Notes: generated by a model not told the origin, from the letters alone. 24,550 bases of DNA from a virus (IMGVR_UViG_3300035135_001954:1-24550), one strand, 5' to 3'. Counted from the stretch's first letter, positions 1 to 8,170 are shown. Program-made: numbers and translations.

Positions 1-1
1 T

Positions 2-1330
2 AGCCGACAAATGGGCAAGTCAACAGCGGCAGCAGGATATCTACTGTGGTATAGTATGTTCAACCCAGACCAAACTATTTTAATTGCAGCACACAAGTAC
101 AGTGGTGCTCAAGAGATTATGCAACGCATAAGATTTGCATATGAAACATTGCCAGATTATCTACGTGCAGGTGTTGTATCATACAACAAAGGATCAATTG
201 AATTTGACAATGGTAGCCGTATTATTGCACAAGCAACAACAGACAATACTGGACGTGGTTTGTCTATCTCGCTAGCATACTTGGACGAGTTTGCATTTGT
301 TAGACCCAATATAGCCCGTGAGTTCTGGACTGCACTATCTCCTACCTTAAGTACAGGTGGTAAATGTATTATTACTAGTACTCCTAACCAGGATGACGAC
401 CAGTTTGCACAAATTTGGCGTGAATCAAATCGCACAATGGACGAGTACGGTAATGAAAAAGAAACAGGCACTAATGGTTTTAGAAGCTACAGTGCTGACT
501 GGAAACATCATCCAGATCGTGATCAAGAGTGGGCTGATATTGAAATGGGTAAGATTGGTGAAGAGCGTTTCCGTCGTGAACACCTAAACGAATTTATTGC
601 GTTTGACGAAACACTGATTGACAGTTTAAAATTATCAGCAATGCAAGCCAGAGATCCTTATGCTAAAATGGGCCAAGTACGTTGGTATAAACCACTTGAT
701 CCTGGCAAGTTATATTTGATTGCACTTGATCCCAGTCTAGGTACTGGAGGAGATGCTGCCGCTATACAAGTTTATGAAATACCAGGAATGAGACAGGTTG
801 CAGAATGGCAACACAACAAAACTCCCATACAACAGCAAGTAAGAATTATCCAACAAATTGCCAAGTATATTGATGATGAAACAAATGGACAAAGTGAAAT
901 ATACTGGAGTATGGAAAACAATACACTGGGAGAAGCAGGGCTTGTTATGGTTGAGGAAATTGGAGAAGAAAATTTCAGCGGTACTTTCCTTAGCCAGCGT
1001 AAATCACACGGCAATACTAAAATGTTCCGCAGAGGATTTACAACTACACAAAAAACAAAGCTCAGTGCCTGTGCTAAATTAAAGCAATGGGTAGAAACAG
1101 ACAAAATAGAAATAGCAAGTAAAAACTTGTTGCGTGAACTTAAAACATTTATTGCACGTGCCAACAGCTACTCAGCTAAAGAGGGCGAACACGATGACTT
1201 GGTAATGTCACTAATCTTGATAGTACGTATGGCACAAGAAGTCACTAACTATGAAGAAGAAGCATACGAATACTTTGATGCTGGCAATGATGACGATTAT
1301 GATGACCCAATGCCAATGAGCTTTCTTTGA
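2..1330 (+). CDS. terL: Large terminase subunit (T4 gp17-like), 5'-truncated by the window edge
   Basis: The frame is open from base 2 and reads S-R-Q-M-G-K-S, matching the T4 gp17 Walker A SRQLGKT, so the ATG at 11 is internal. Walker B AYLDEFAF, ITSTPN coupling motif, RNase H-like nuclease motifs IALDPSLG and HDDLVM. Confidence 0.95.
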   Translation, partial: SRQMGKSTAAAGYLLWYSMFNPDQTILIAAHKYSGAQEIMQRIRFAYETLPDYLRAGVVSYNKGSIEFDNGSRIIAQATTDNTGRGLSISLAYLDEFAFVRPNIAREFWTALSPTLSTGGKCIITSTPNQDDDQFAQIWRESNRTMDEYGNEKETGTNGFRSYSADWKHHPDRDQEWADIEMGKIGEERFRREHLNEFIAFDETLIDSLKLSAMQARDPYAKMGQVRWYKPLDPGKLYLIALDPSLGTGGDAAAIQVYEIPGMRQVAEWQHNKTPIQQQVRIIQQIAKYIDDETNGQSEIYWSMENNTLGEAGLVMVEEIGEENFSGTFLSQRKSHGNTKMFRRGFTTTQKTKLSACAKLKQWVETDKIEIASKNLLRELKTFIARANSYSAKEGEHDDLVMSLILIVRMAQEVTNYEEEAYEYFDAGNDDDYDDPMPMSFL

Positions 1331-1337
1331 GCTTTTT

Positions 1338-1352
1338 GCATAAATACTATTA
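1338..1352 (+). promoter_or_regulatory. Putative late promoter (T4 gp55-type TATAAATA variant)
   Basis: GCATAAATACTATTA, an exact 15-bp match to 19652-19666. Followed by an AAGGA RBS and the ATG at 1367. Confidence 0.75.
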
Positions 1353-1366
1353 GTAAAGGAAATATC

Positions 1367-2635
1367 ATGGAAAATCTTGCAAATGAAATTTTTAACATTC
1401 TTAAAGGTGCTAACTATAAGCTAGTATTGTTTACTGAGAGTGGACAAAAAACAACAGATCCAGATGAAGCAACACGTTTCTTTTCACCAGACAAAGACTT
1501 AATGGTAAGTTTAAGAATGGATGGCGGATTAGTTGAAACAATCGTACAGGCAGGATTAGACTATGATATTACTGATAATATGAAAACAATTAAAGCGATC
1601 AAGAAGGTAACGCATAACAACTTAGGTGAATTTACAGTGAGAAATTTTGATAAACAGATAGAACCAAAAGATTTTAGCCACCAAAGTGTTACGGAAAGTG
1701 CATTTGGTAAGGCGTATGGTAGCATTAAAACAAGCTACATCCCATTTAAAGATGCAAAGCTAATCATTAAACACACAAAAGGTGTAGACGAATCAAAGCG
1801 TGGCGCACGTAGCCGTAACTTACACAGTTTGTTTATTGAAAATGCAGCAGGTGAAAAATTTAATTTCCCACACCGTTATATGCAAGGTGCAAAAGCTATG
1901 ACACGCCACGTAAGCATGGGTGGTACGCCATACGATGCAACTGGCCAAGAAATCCTAAGTGTATGTGAAGAGATCGCAGACTTAACAAAATTTATCAAGC
2001 ACACACGTAAAGAAGGTCTTGTAAATGAAGACAATAGTGATATTGTTGAACAAGTTAAATCACGTGTTGCTGAGCAGAAATCACTTATTAAATCTCTAAC
2101 AACAGCTAAAGGTTATAACAACTTCCAAGTTAAAGAACTGGAAGAATCAGAAATAGATGTTGACATTAGTGAACAATTCTTGTACAATACTTTCACAGCA
2201 GAAGAGATGCAGAGAGTTGTATCTCGTGTAAACCGTATTGTCTCTGAAAACAGAAAGAAAGATAGCATGGAAAAAGAACTAATTGGAAAACTATTTGGCA
2301 TGATCTCAAACAAAGTTGATTTGGGTATGGACATTGATCCAAATGATCCTGAACACCCAAACAATGAAGATCAGAAAAAGTACAGTGGCCCAGAAGGCCC
2401 AACAGCTAAACTAGGTGCTATGCTGTCATTCATTGGCAAAAGAACTAAAAACGATGAACTAGCAAACATTGCAGCAGAGCTATCAGATCGTGTACATGGT
2501 CTTGACCCAAAAATGAAACAGGCAGTTGCTAAATTCGCAGTTTATGCAGCTATGCCAAAATCTGTAAACAAAGAAGCACAAGGCAGTGATATTAGTGAAG
2601 ATGTAATGTCTGCACTAAAACAAAAGATTTCTTAA
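1367..2635 (+). CDS. Conserved phage protein next to the terminase, probable virion/head-associated protein (422 aa)
   Basis: Long ORF with RBS and late promoter. Conserved-looking block KLIIKH..GARSRNLHSLFIEN..GAKAMTRHV..GGTPYD and [VL]xE sites (SVTES, ELEES). Function is inferred. Confidence 0.6.
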   Translation: MENLANEIFNILKGANYKLVLFTESGQKTTDPDEATRFFSPDKDLMVSLRMDGGLVETIVQAGLDYDITDNMKTIKAIKKVTHNNLGEFTVRNFDKQIEPKDFSHQSVTESAFGKAYGSIKTSYIPFKDAKLIIKHTKGVDESKRGARSRNLHSLFIENAAGEKFNFPHRYMQGAKAMTRHVSMGGTPYDATGQEILSVCEEIADLTKFIKHTRKEGLVNEDNSDIVEQVKSRVAEQKSLIKSLTTAKGYNNFQVKELEESEIDVDISEQFLYNTFTAEEMQRVVSRVNRIVSENRKKDSMEKELIGKLFGMISNKVDLGMDIDPNDPEHPNNEDQKKYSGPEGPTAKLGAMLSFIGKRTKNDELANIAAELSDRVHGLDPKMKQAVAKFAVYAAMPKSVNKEAQGSDISEDVMSALKQKIS

Positions 2636-2652
2636 TGAAATCAATTATTTGC

Positions 2653-2681
2653 TTGACAGTAGGCAATTAAAATACTATACT
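2653..2681 (+). promoter_or_regulatory. Sigma70-type promoter for gp32
   Basis: TTGACA (2653-2658), 17 nt spacer, TATACT (2676-2681). Confidence 0.85.
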
Positions 2682-2683
2682 GT

Positions 2684-2758
2684 ATAGGCTAACAAAGGCA
2701 AAGCAGGCATTAGCTTGCAAATACAAAACTAACATAGGCTAACAAAGGCTAATAAAGG
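2684..2758 (+). repeat. Direct repeats in the gp32 5' leader
   Basis: ATAGGCTAACAAAGGC at 2684-2699 and 2734-2749. Three tandem 10-mers CTAACATAGG/CTAACAAAGG/CTAATAAAGG at 2729-2758 run into the AAGGAG RBS. Confidence 0.9.
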
Positions 2759-2766
2759 AGAAAACT

Positions 2767-3765
2767 ATGGCTTCACTAGCAGAAATCCGAGCAAAATTGC
2801 TCGAGCAAGAAAATCGCCAATCAGGACAGAAGTCCTCAACAGGTACAGGCGATAACGCAATTTTCCCACATTGGAATATTAAAGAAGGCGAAACGGCAAC
2901 GCTACGTTTCCTTCCAGACGCAGATGAGTCTAATACGTTCTTTTGGAAAGAACGTCAAATGATTCGTATTGAATTCCCAGGCGTTAAAGGCGGGGATGAA
3001 CACAAACCTGTAACAGTACAGGTGCCTTGTGTAGAAATGTGGGGTGACACATGCCCTGTACACCAAGAGATTCGTCCTTGGTTTAAAGATCCATCACTAG
3101 AAGATAATGCACGTAAGTATTGGAAAAAGCGCAGCTACATCTTCCAAGGTTTTGTTACTGACAATCCGTTGGATGAAGAAACGCCAGCGAATCCAATTCG
3201 TCGTTTTGTGATCTCTCCGCAGATCTACAAAATTATTTCCAGCGCACTTATGGATCCAGAGTTCCAAGAACTGCCAACTGATTATGAAGCTGGTACTGAT
3301 TTTAAAGTTGCTAAAGGCAGCAAAGGTCAGTATGCCGATTACGGCACATCAAACTGGGCACGCCGTGAGCGTAGCCTGAATCAGGAAGAACGTGATGCAA
3401 TCGCAGAAAACGGATTGTATAACTTAAACGACTTCCTGCCTAAAAAACCTGGACCACAGGAACTAAACGCTATCTTTGAAATGTTTGAGGCTAGCGTAGA
3501 TGGTCAACTTTATGATCCAGAACGTTTTGCAGATTACTATCGTCCATATGGTGTGGAAGCACCAAGTGGCGGTGCTCGTCCACAGGCACCAGCACCAGCA
3601 CCAGCACCAGCAGCATCTGCTCCAGTAGCAGAAACTGTAAGTGATACTGGTTGGCAAGATCCTGCTCCGGCAGCACCTGCTCCTGAACCAGTAGCAGCCG
3701 CCCCAGCAGGCGATGATAAGCCAAGTGCTCAAGACATTTTGGCAGCAATCCGCAACCGCAAATAA
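2767..3765 (+). CDS. gp32: Single-stranded DNA-binding protein (T4 gp32-like)
   Basis: LRFLP motif, C..CPVH putative Zn ligands, YWKKRSY, DFKVAK..YADY..S.W, Pro/Ala-rich C-terminal linker, strong RBS, adjacent to UvsX. Confidence 0.9.
   Translation: MASLAEIRAKLLEQENRQSGQKSSTGTGDNAIFPHWNIKEGETATLRFLPDADESNTFFWKERQMIRIEFPGVKGGDEHKPVTVQVPCVEMWGDTCPVHQEIRPWFKDPSLEDNARKYWKKRSYIFQGFVTDNPLDEETPANPIRRFVISPQIYKIISSALMDPEFQELPTDYEAGTDFKVAKGSKGQYADYGTSNWARRERSLNQEERDAIAENGLYNLNDFLPKKPGPQELNAIFEMFEASVDGQLYDPERFADYYRPYGVEAPSGGARPQAPAPAPAPAASAPVAETVSDTGWQDPAPAAPAPEPVAAAPAGDDKPSAQDILAAIRNRK
3586..3609 (+). repeat. (GCACCA)4 hexamer repeat encoding an Ala-Pro linker
   Basis: Four perfect tandem copies, in frame within gp32. 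Confidence 0.9.
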
Positions 3766-3769
3766 ATTA

Positions 3770-3792
3770 CAAGGGGGATTAAATCCCCCTTG
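3770..3792 (+). other. Perfect 11-bp inverted repeat between gp32 and uvsX
   Basis: CAAGGGGGATT-A-AATCCCCCTTG. No U-tract follows, so it is not a canonical intrinsic terminator. Confidence 0.8.
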
Positions 3793-3817
3793 CCCTTAAA
3801 CCTCATGGAGAATATAT

Positions 3818-4921
3818 ATGGCAAGACCTTTTGACGTAAGCAAATTTCGCAAAAGTATTACAAAAAGTGTGCCTGGTCTCAGCACAGGTTTCCGTGATCC
3901 TGATACATGGATTAGCACAGGAAACTACACACTAAACAAACTTATTAGTGGAGATTTTAATCGTGGTGTTCCGCTAGGAAAAGTTACTGTTCTTGCAGGT
4001 GAAAGTGGTGCAGGTAAAAGCTACATTGCATCAGGTAACATTGTAAAAGCAGCACAAGACCAAGGAATCTTTGTAATCTTAATTGATAGTGAAAATGCAT
4101 TAGATGAAAAGTGGCTACATGCATTAGATGTAGACACGAGTGAAGACAAACTACTAAAATTTAACGTGGCAATGATTGATGATGTTGCCAAATTAATTAA
4201 TGAACTAATGAGCGGATATAAAGCAGAACATGCTGATACGCCGCCAGAAGAACGTCCTAAAATCCTTTTTGTATTGGATAGTTTAGGTATGATGCTAACT
4301 CCAACAGATGTTGATCAGTTTAGCAAAGGTGACATGAAAGGTGACTTGGGTCGTAAGCCTAAAGCACTAACAGCACTTGTACGTAATTGTGTAAACATGT
4401 TTGGCGATTACAATGTGGGTATGGTATGTACTAACCACACATATGCATCACAAGATATGTTTGATCCAGATGATAAGATTTCAGGTGGTCAAGGCTTTAT
4501 CTATGCATCAAGTATTGTTATTGCAATGCGTAAACTTAAACTAAAAGTAGATGCAGATGGCAACAAGACTAGTGACGTCCACGGCATTCGTGCTGCCTGT
4601 AAGGTAATGAAAACTCGTTATGCTAAACCTTTTGAAAGTGTACAAGTGGAAATTCCTTATGAAACAGGTATGAGCCCTTACAGCGGACTTGTTGATTTCT
4701 TTGAAGCTAAAGGCGCATTAAAGAAAACAGGCAATCGTTTAGAATACACATCTCCAGTTACTGGCGAAGTGGTAACTAAATTCCGTAAAGCGTGGAACTC
4801 TAATGAAGACAGTTGTCTTGATACTATTATGACAGAATGGGACAAGCAACCAGAAGAGATCCAAGATGCAATGGGCGATCAAGATGTTGTAGTGGAGAAC
4901 ATGGAACATGAAGCTGAGTGA
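3818..4921 (+). CDS. uvsX: RecA-like recombinase UvsX
   Basis: WISTGN, Walker A GESGAGKS, IDSENA, Walker B FVLDSLG, TNHTY, SGGQG, KTRY. GGAG RBS. Confidence 0.95.
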   Translation: MARPFDVSKFRKSITKSVPGLSTGFRDPDTWISTGNYTLNKLISGDFNRGVPLGKVTVLAGESGAGKSYIASGNIVKAAQDQGIFVILIDSENALDEKWLHALDVDTSEDKLLKFNVAMIDDVAKLINELMSGYKAEHADTPPEERPKILFVLDSLGMMLTPTDVDQFSKGDMKGDLGRKPKALTALVRNCVNMFGDYNVGMVCTNHTYASQDMFDPDDKISGGQGFIYASSIVIAMRKLKLKVDADGNKTSDVHGIRAACKVMKTRYAKPFESVQVEIPYETGMSPYSGLVDFFEAKGALKKTGNRLEYTSPVTGEVVTKFRKAWNSNEDSCLDTIMTEWDKQPEEIQDAMGDQDVVVENMEHEAE

Positions 4922-5162
4922 TCATGAACTGGAAATTTATCTAGGCATTTATGAAAGTGCCAAGGGTTTAATTTCTGCTAAAGATAGACCAGACTGGGCA
5001 TTTAAGTTTTTGGAAATTCTAGACGGTGAAGGAATCGAACTTAAACTATACAGTCAGGAAATTGTAGATACTTGTCCTTTTCTTGACAAGGCCATGGATA
5101 TTGTGTTAGAAGACATGGACGAAGAAGATTGGGAAGTTGACTATGATGATGAGTGGGAATAA
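4908..5162 (+). CDS. Small, highly acidic hypothetical protein (84 aa)
   Basis: GGAG RBS at 4894-4897. Overlaps the end of uvsX and abuts uvsY. C-terminus EDMDEEDWEVDYDDEWE. Confidence 0.75.
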   Translation: MKLSDHELEIYLGIYESAKGLISAKDRPDWAFKFLEILDGEGIELKLYSQEIVDTCPFLDKAMDIVLEDMDEEDWEVDYDDEWE

Positions 5163-5621
5163 ATGAGCTCTTGGTATACAAAAGTTTCACAAAATATGGG
5201 GGAGATAGTTAACGCTATCTCCCACTATGAACGTGAGTTGGAAGAAGCAAGATACAATTGTGGTATGAAAGGTGTGTTGGAAAAACATGCACGTGACATG
5301 CCAGGTATTGTTGAGCATCGTTTTAACCAACTACAAGAAATAGAAGCTATACTAGAACATTTGAATACAGAAATGCGTAAACTTAGAAGTCAAAAGTTTC
5401 GCAAATTTTTAGAAAATTATAATCGTGCATTGAGTAGCCGTGATGCTGAAAAGTATGTTGATGGCGAAGCAGATGTAGTAGATTTACAATATGTAATTAA
5501 TGAATTCAGTTTGGTTCGAAACAAGTTTTTAGGTGTAATTAAAGCACTGGAAGCAAAACAGTTTCAAATCAACAACATTGTTAAACTTAGAGCCGCAGGG
5601 CTTGAAGATATCAGTTTGTAA
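5163..5621 (+). CDS. uvsY: Recombination mediator UvsY-like protein
   Basis: 152-aa helical protein with LSSRDAEKYVDGE and IKALEAKQFQINNIVKLRAAG (UvsY-like C-terminus), downstream of uvsX. Confidence 0.8.
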   Translation: MSSWYTKVSQNMGEIVNAISHYERELEEARYNCGMKGVLEKHARDMPGIVEHRFNQLQEIEAILEHLNTEMRKLRSQKFRKFLENYNRALSSRDAEKYVDGEADVVDLQYVINEFSLVRNKFLGVIKALEAKQFQINNIVKLRAAGLEDISL

Positions 5622-5653
5622 CTAATTTTGTGACATTTGGTTACCCCAAACTC

Positions 5654-5678
5654 GCCTCCTACGGGAGGCATTTTTTTT
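5654..5678 (+). terminator. Intrinsic terminator after uvsY
   Basis: GCCTCC-TACG-GGAGGC (a C-UNCG-G tetraloop) followed by A and T8. Confidence 0.9.
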
Positions 5679-5679
5679 C

Positions 5680-5708
5680 TTGACATCATTATACCTTTAT
5701 GTAATAAT
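5680..5708 (+). promoter_or_regulatory. Sigma70-type promoter
   Basis: TTGACA (5680-5685), 17 nt spacer, AATAAT (5703-5708), preceded by TGT. Confidence 0.7.
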
Positions 5709-5742
5709 GATTACTGTAGGACAAAACGTTTAGGAAAAGCAA

Positions 5743-6456
5743 ATGCAAACCAAAACACAAATCAAAGATGCAATCAGCAAGTATACACCAGTACAAGCAC
5801 TGGCACTAGCAATAGTTAACTTTGAAAATCATGGCTTTATTCGCAGTGGCATGGGCTACAACGAATATGATGACGATGGTAAGCATGTTAGAACTATTAG
5901 TGACAGCAAAACAACCCTGATAGAACAAATGATGTCTGATGTTGTTCCTCATAAAAGCTATGTAGACCAAGCACAACAAATTATTGAAAAGTTCAACGGT
6001 AAGTTTATGATGAAAAAACTTACTAATGGTCTTAATGACTTTGAGGCTGGTGTTGCACAAGCATTTGAAGCTGGAAATAAAATGTCAGCATTTCATGTTG
6101 CTATTATTGCTAGTATTCCCAATATGAACAAAGTTGACGAAAAGCGACAGCAAGTTGAAAATCGTCTGGAAGCAGTCCGCTTTGATAGTCAGCATTTTGG
6201 TAATGTCCGTGAGCGTTATGATATTAGTGTAGATGTGCTTGACTGCAAGTTTATTCAAAGCAGTGGTGTATACATTATTACAACACTATATCAAAATCGT
6301 GATATTGTTAAGTTTTGGTGGAGAGATCAACCAGACATCAGCGATATCATTGAAGGTAAAACTATACGTATTCGTGGTACAGTTAACAAACACGAAACAG
6401 GGCGTTTTACTGGTGCAAAAGAAACAATGATTAACCGGGTAAAGATTCAAAGCTAA
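5743..6456 (+). CDS. Hypothetical phage protein with a probable C-terminal OB-fold-like domain (237 aa)
   Basis: Has its own promoter and an AGGA RBS. The beta-rich C-terminus IRIRGTVNKH..ETMINRVKI resembles OB-fold strands (inference). Confidence 0.55.
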   Translation: MQTKTQIKDAISKYTPVQALALAIVNFENHGFIRSGMGYNEYDDDGKHVRTISDSKTTLIEQMMSDVVPHKSYVDQAQQIIEKFNGKFMMKKLTNGLNDFEAGVAQAFEAGNKMSAFHVAIIASIPNMNKVDEKRQQVENRLEAVRFDSQHFGNVRERYDISVDVLDCKFIQSSGVYIITTLYQNRDIVKFWWRDQPDISDIIEGKTIRIRGTVNKHETGRFTGAKETMINRVKIQS

Positions 6457-6460
6457 ATAC
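6453..6460 (+). promoter_or_regulatory. Putative late promoter CTAAATAC
   Basis: TAAATA at 6454-6459 overlaps the upstream stop codon and lies 5 nt before the ATG at 6465. Confidence 0.5.
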
Positions 6461-6464
6461 GTAT

Positions 6465-6671
6465 ATGTTATATATGTTTAGTATGATATCTCTTTCTATT
6501 AGTTTGTCGCTGATCTGGTTCTTTGCGGTTATTTACGTTGGTAAAGTAACTGCTGGGAAAACACCTCCTGGATCAGTTGTGATCTGTTTTTTAATTATTG
6601 CAGGTCCAGTTGGTTGGGCTATATTATTAATCGCTTGGATCACTGATTTAATAGAAAAATTTTATAGTTAA
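6465..6671 (+). CDS. Small membrane protein with two hydrophobic segments (68 aa)
   Basis: Hydrophobic stretches at about aa 4-26 and 38-60. Fills the intergenic gap on the coding strand. Confidence 0.6.
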   Translation: MLYMFSMISLSISLSLIWFFAVIYVGKVTAGKTPPGSVVICFLIIAGPVGWAILLIAWITDLIEKFYS

Positions 6672-6685
6672 CATTATAGTTAACA
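6662..6685. repeat. Perfect 12-bp tandem repeat TTATAGTTAACA x2
   Basis: Copies at 6662-6673 and 6674-6685, each containing the palindrome GTTAAC. Confidence 0.85.
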
Positions 6686-6730
6686 GATAACAGGCGGTTT
6701 ATTGCAGTCTATTACACTTTAAATATTAGT

Positions 6731-7204
6731 ATGATAGATCCATTTACAGCCATCAGTGCGGCAACGGCAGCTTTTAACGGTATCAAGAAAATAGTTCACA
6801 GCGGACGTGAGCTGGAAGATTGTATGCAACAGTTGGGTAAATGGTATGGTGCAGCCGCAGATATACGTAGAGCAAAAACTGTCAATAAAAACCCACCACT
6901 GTTTAAAAAACTATTTCAAGGTGGATCAATTGAAGAAGAAGCACTAGCACTTATTATCCACGAAAAGAAACTACAAGAGCAGGAAAAAGAGCTTGAAACT
7001 CTGCTAAACTTCCGCTTTGGTTTTGGTACGTGGAAAGAGATGTTGGAGATGCGCCGTAGAATTGCCAAAGAACGTGAAAAAGCAGTTTATGCTCAAGAGC
7101 AACGCAAAAATGCTTTTATTGACGGCTTATTAATTGTTGGTATTTTTGCTATAGCTGGCGGTTTACTAGTAGGCGGACTTTGGTTTTTATCAAATATATC
7201 ATAA
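6731..7204 (+). CDS. Hypothetical phage protein with a coiled coil and C-terminal transmembrane anchor (157 aa)
   Basis: MIDPFTAISAATAAF N-terminus, charged helical middle, hydrophobic C-terminus GLLIVGIFAIAGGLLVGGLWFL. TAAATA at 6720-6725 just upstream. Confidence 0.75.
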   Translation: MIDPFTAISAATAAFNGIKKIVHSGRELEDCMQQLGKWYGAAADIRRAKTVNKNPPLFKKLFQGGSIEEEALALIIHEKKLQEQEKELETLLNFRFGFGTWKEMLEMRRRIAKEREKAVYAQEQRKNAFIDGLLIVGIFAIAGGLLVGGLWFLSNIS

Positions 7205-7227
7205 AAAAATTATAACCCATTGATTTT

Positions 7228-7252
7228 AAACAGAACTTTTGTTCTGTTTTTT
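7228..7252 (+). terminator. Probable intrinsic terminator
   Basis: AAACAGAAC-TTTT-GTTCTGTTT followed by further T residues. Confidence 0.7.
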
Positions 7253-7253
7253 C

Positions 7254-7282
7254 TTGACCAAAGCGTCTTGGTGTGTTATCGT
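7254..7282 (+). promoter_or_regulatory. Sigma70-type promoter with extended -10
   Basis: TTGACC, 17 nt spacer, TATCGT with TGn immediately upstream. AAGGAG RBS at 7299-7304. Confidence 0.6.
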
Positions 7283-7311
7283 CATAGGGTAAGTTGATAA
7301 GGAGAATATAA

Positions 7312-8166
7312 ATGGGTAAAATGGCGTTCAAAACTAAAAAAGGTACAAACGCAAAACAGATTTTGGATTATGATACAACGGAAGTTGAATCAACAGAAAC
7401 TGATGCAGAGATTATTGAGCGTCTGCGTGTACGTTTTGAAATACTAGAAGAAATGACACAAGCATCAATTGACGGCATTGTGCGTGGTATGGTTGTAACA
7501 GGCCCTCCAGGTGTAGGCAAGTCGTTTGGTGTAGAAAACGTAATTGACAAAAACAGTGTGTTTGACAAGCTGTCAGGTAACCGCTTGCGTTTTAGCATTG
7601 AAAAAGGTGCAGCATCAGCTATTGGACTTTACAAGCTACTGTATAACTATAGTGACAAGAGCAATGTGCTTGTGTTAGATGACTGTGATACAGTGTTGTA
7701 TGATGAGACTTCACTTAACCTACTTAAAGCAGCATTAGATAGCAGCAAGAAGCGCCGCTTGAGCTGGAACACTGACAGTGCTCTATTACGCCGTGAAGGT
7801 ATTCCTGATAGCTTTGAGTTTAAAGGTAGTGTTATCTTTATTACTAACCTTAAGTTTGAAAAGGTACGTGGTAAGATTAAAGAACACTTGGACGCTATCA
7901 TGTCACGTTGCCACTACTTGGACCTAACTATGGATTCAACACGTGAAAAGATTTTGCGTATTAAACAAATTGTTGCAGACGGTATGCTTGCAGACTATCA
8001 ATTTGAGAAGCAAGTAGAAGAACAAATTGTCGAGTATATCGTAGAGAACCAGAATCGTTTGCGTGAAGTTAGCCTGCGTATGGTTACCAAGATTGCAGAC
8101 TTGCGTAAAGCAATGCCTGAGAAATGGCAAGTAATGGCAGAGTGTACATGCCTTAAGCGAGTATAA
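7312..8166 (+). CDS. AAA+ family ATPase (284 aa)
   Basis: Walker A GPPGVGKS, Walker B VLVLDDCD, sensor-1 IFITN, arginine-finger-like SRC. Confidence 0.85.
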   Translation: MGKMAFKTKKGTNAKQILDYDTTEVESTETDAEIIERLRVRFEILEEMTQASIDGIVRGMVVTGPPGVGKSFGVENVIDKNSVFDKLSGNRLRFSIEKGAASAIGLYKLLYNYSDKSNVLVLDDCDTVLYDETSLNLLKAALDSSKKRRLSWNTDSALLRREGIPDSFEFKGSVIFITNLKFEKVRGKIKEHLDAIMSRCHYLDLTMDSTREKILRIKQIVADGMLADYQFEKQVEEQIVEYIVENQNRLREVSLRMVTKIADLRKAMPEKWQVMAECTCLKRV

Positions 8167-8170
8167 GAAC

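Noticed and set aside
11-13. ATG at 11 as the terminase start
   Set aside because: It lies inside the Walker A motif (SRQMGKS) and the frame is open to the window edge.
2684-2758. gp32 leader repeats as a mini CRISPR array
   Set aside because: The repeats are only 10-16 bp, partly tandem without unique spacers, and no cas genes are present.
3463-3732. Cys/Trp-repeat peptide (WCWCWC) on the minus strand
   Set aside because: It is simply the reverse complement of the GCACCA Ala-Pro linker repeat in gp32.
5637-5819. 60-aa ORF with TTG start
   Set aside because: It runs through a terminator and a promoter and overlaps the real 5743 gene out of frame.
6667-6684. CtrA box
   Set aside because: The spacing is TTAA-N8-TTAAC rather than the canonical N7.
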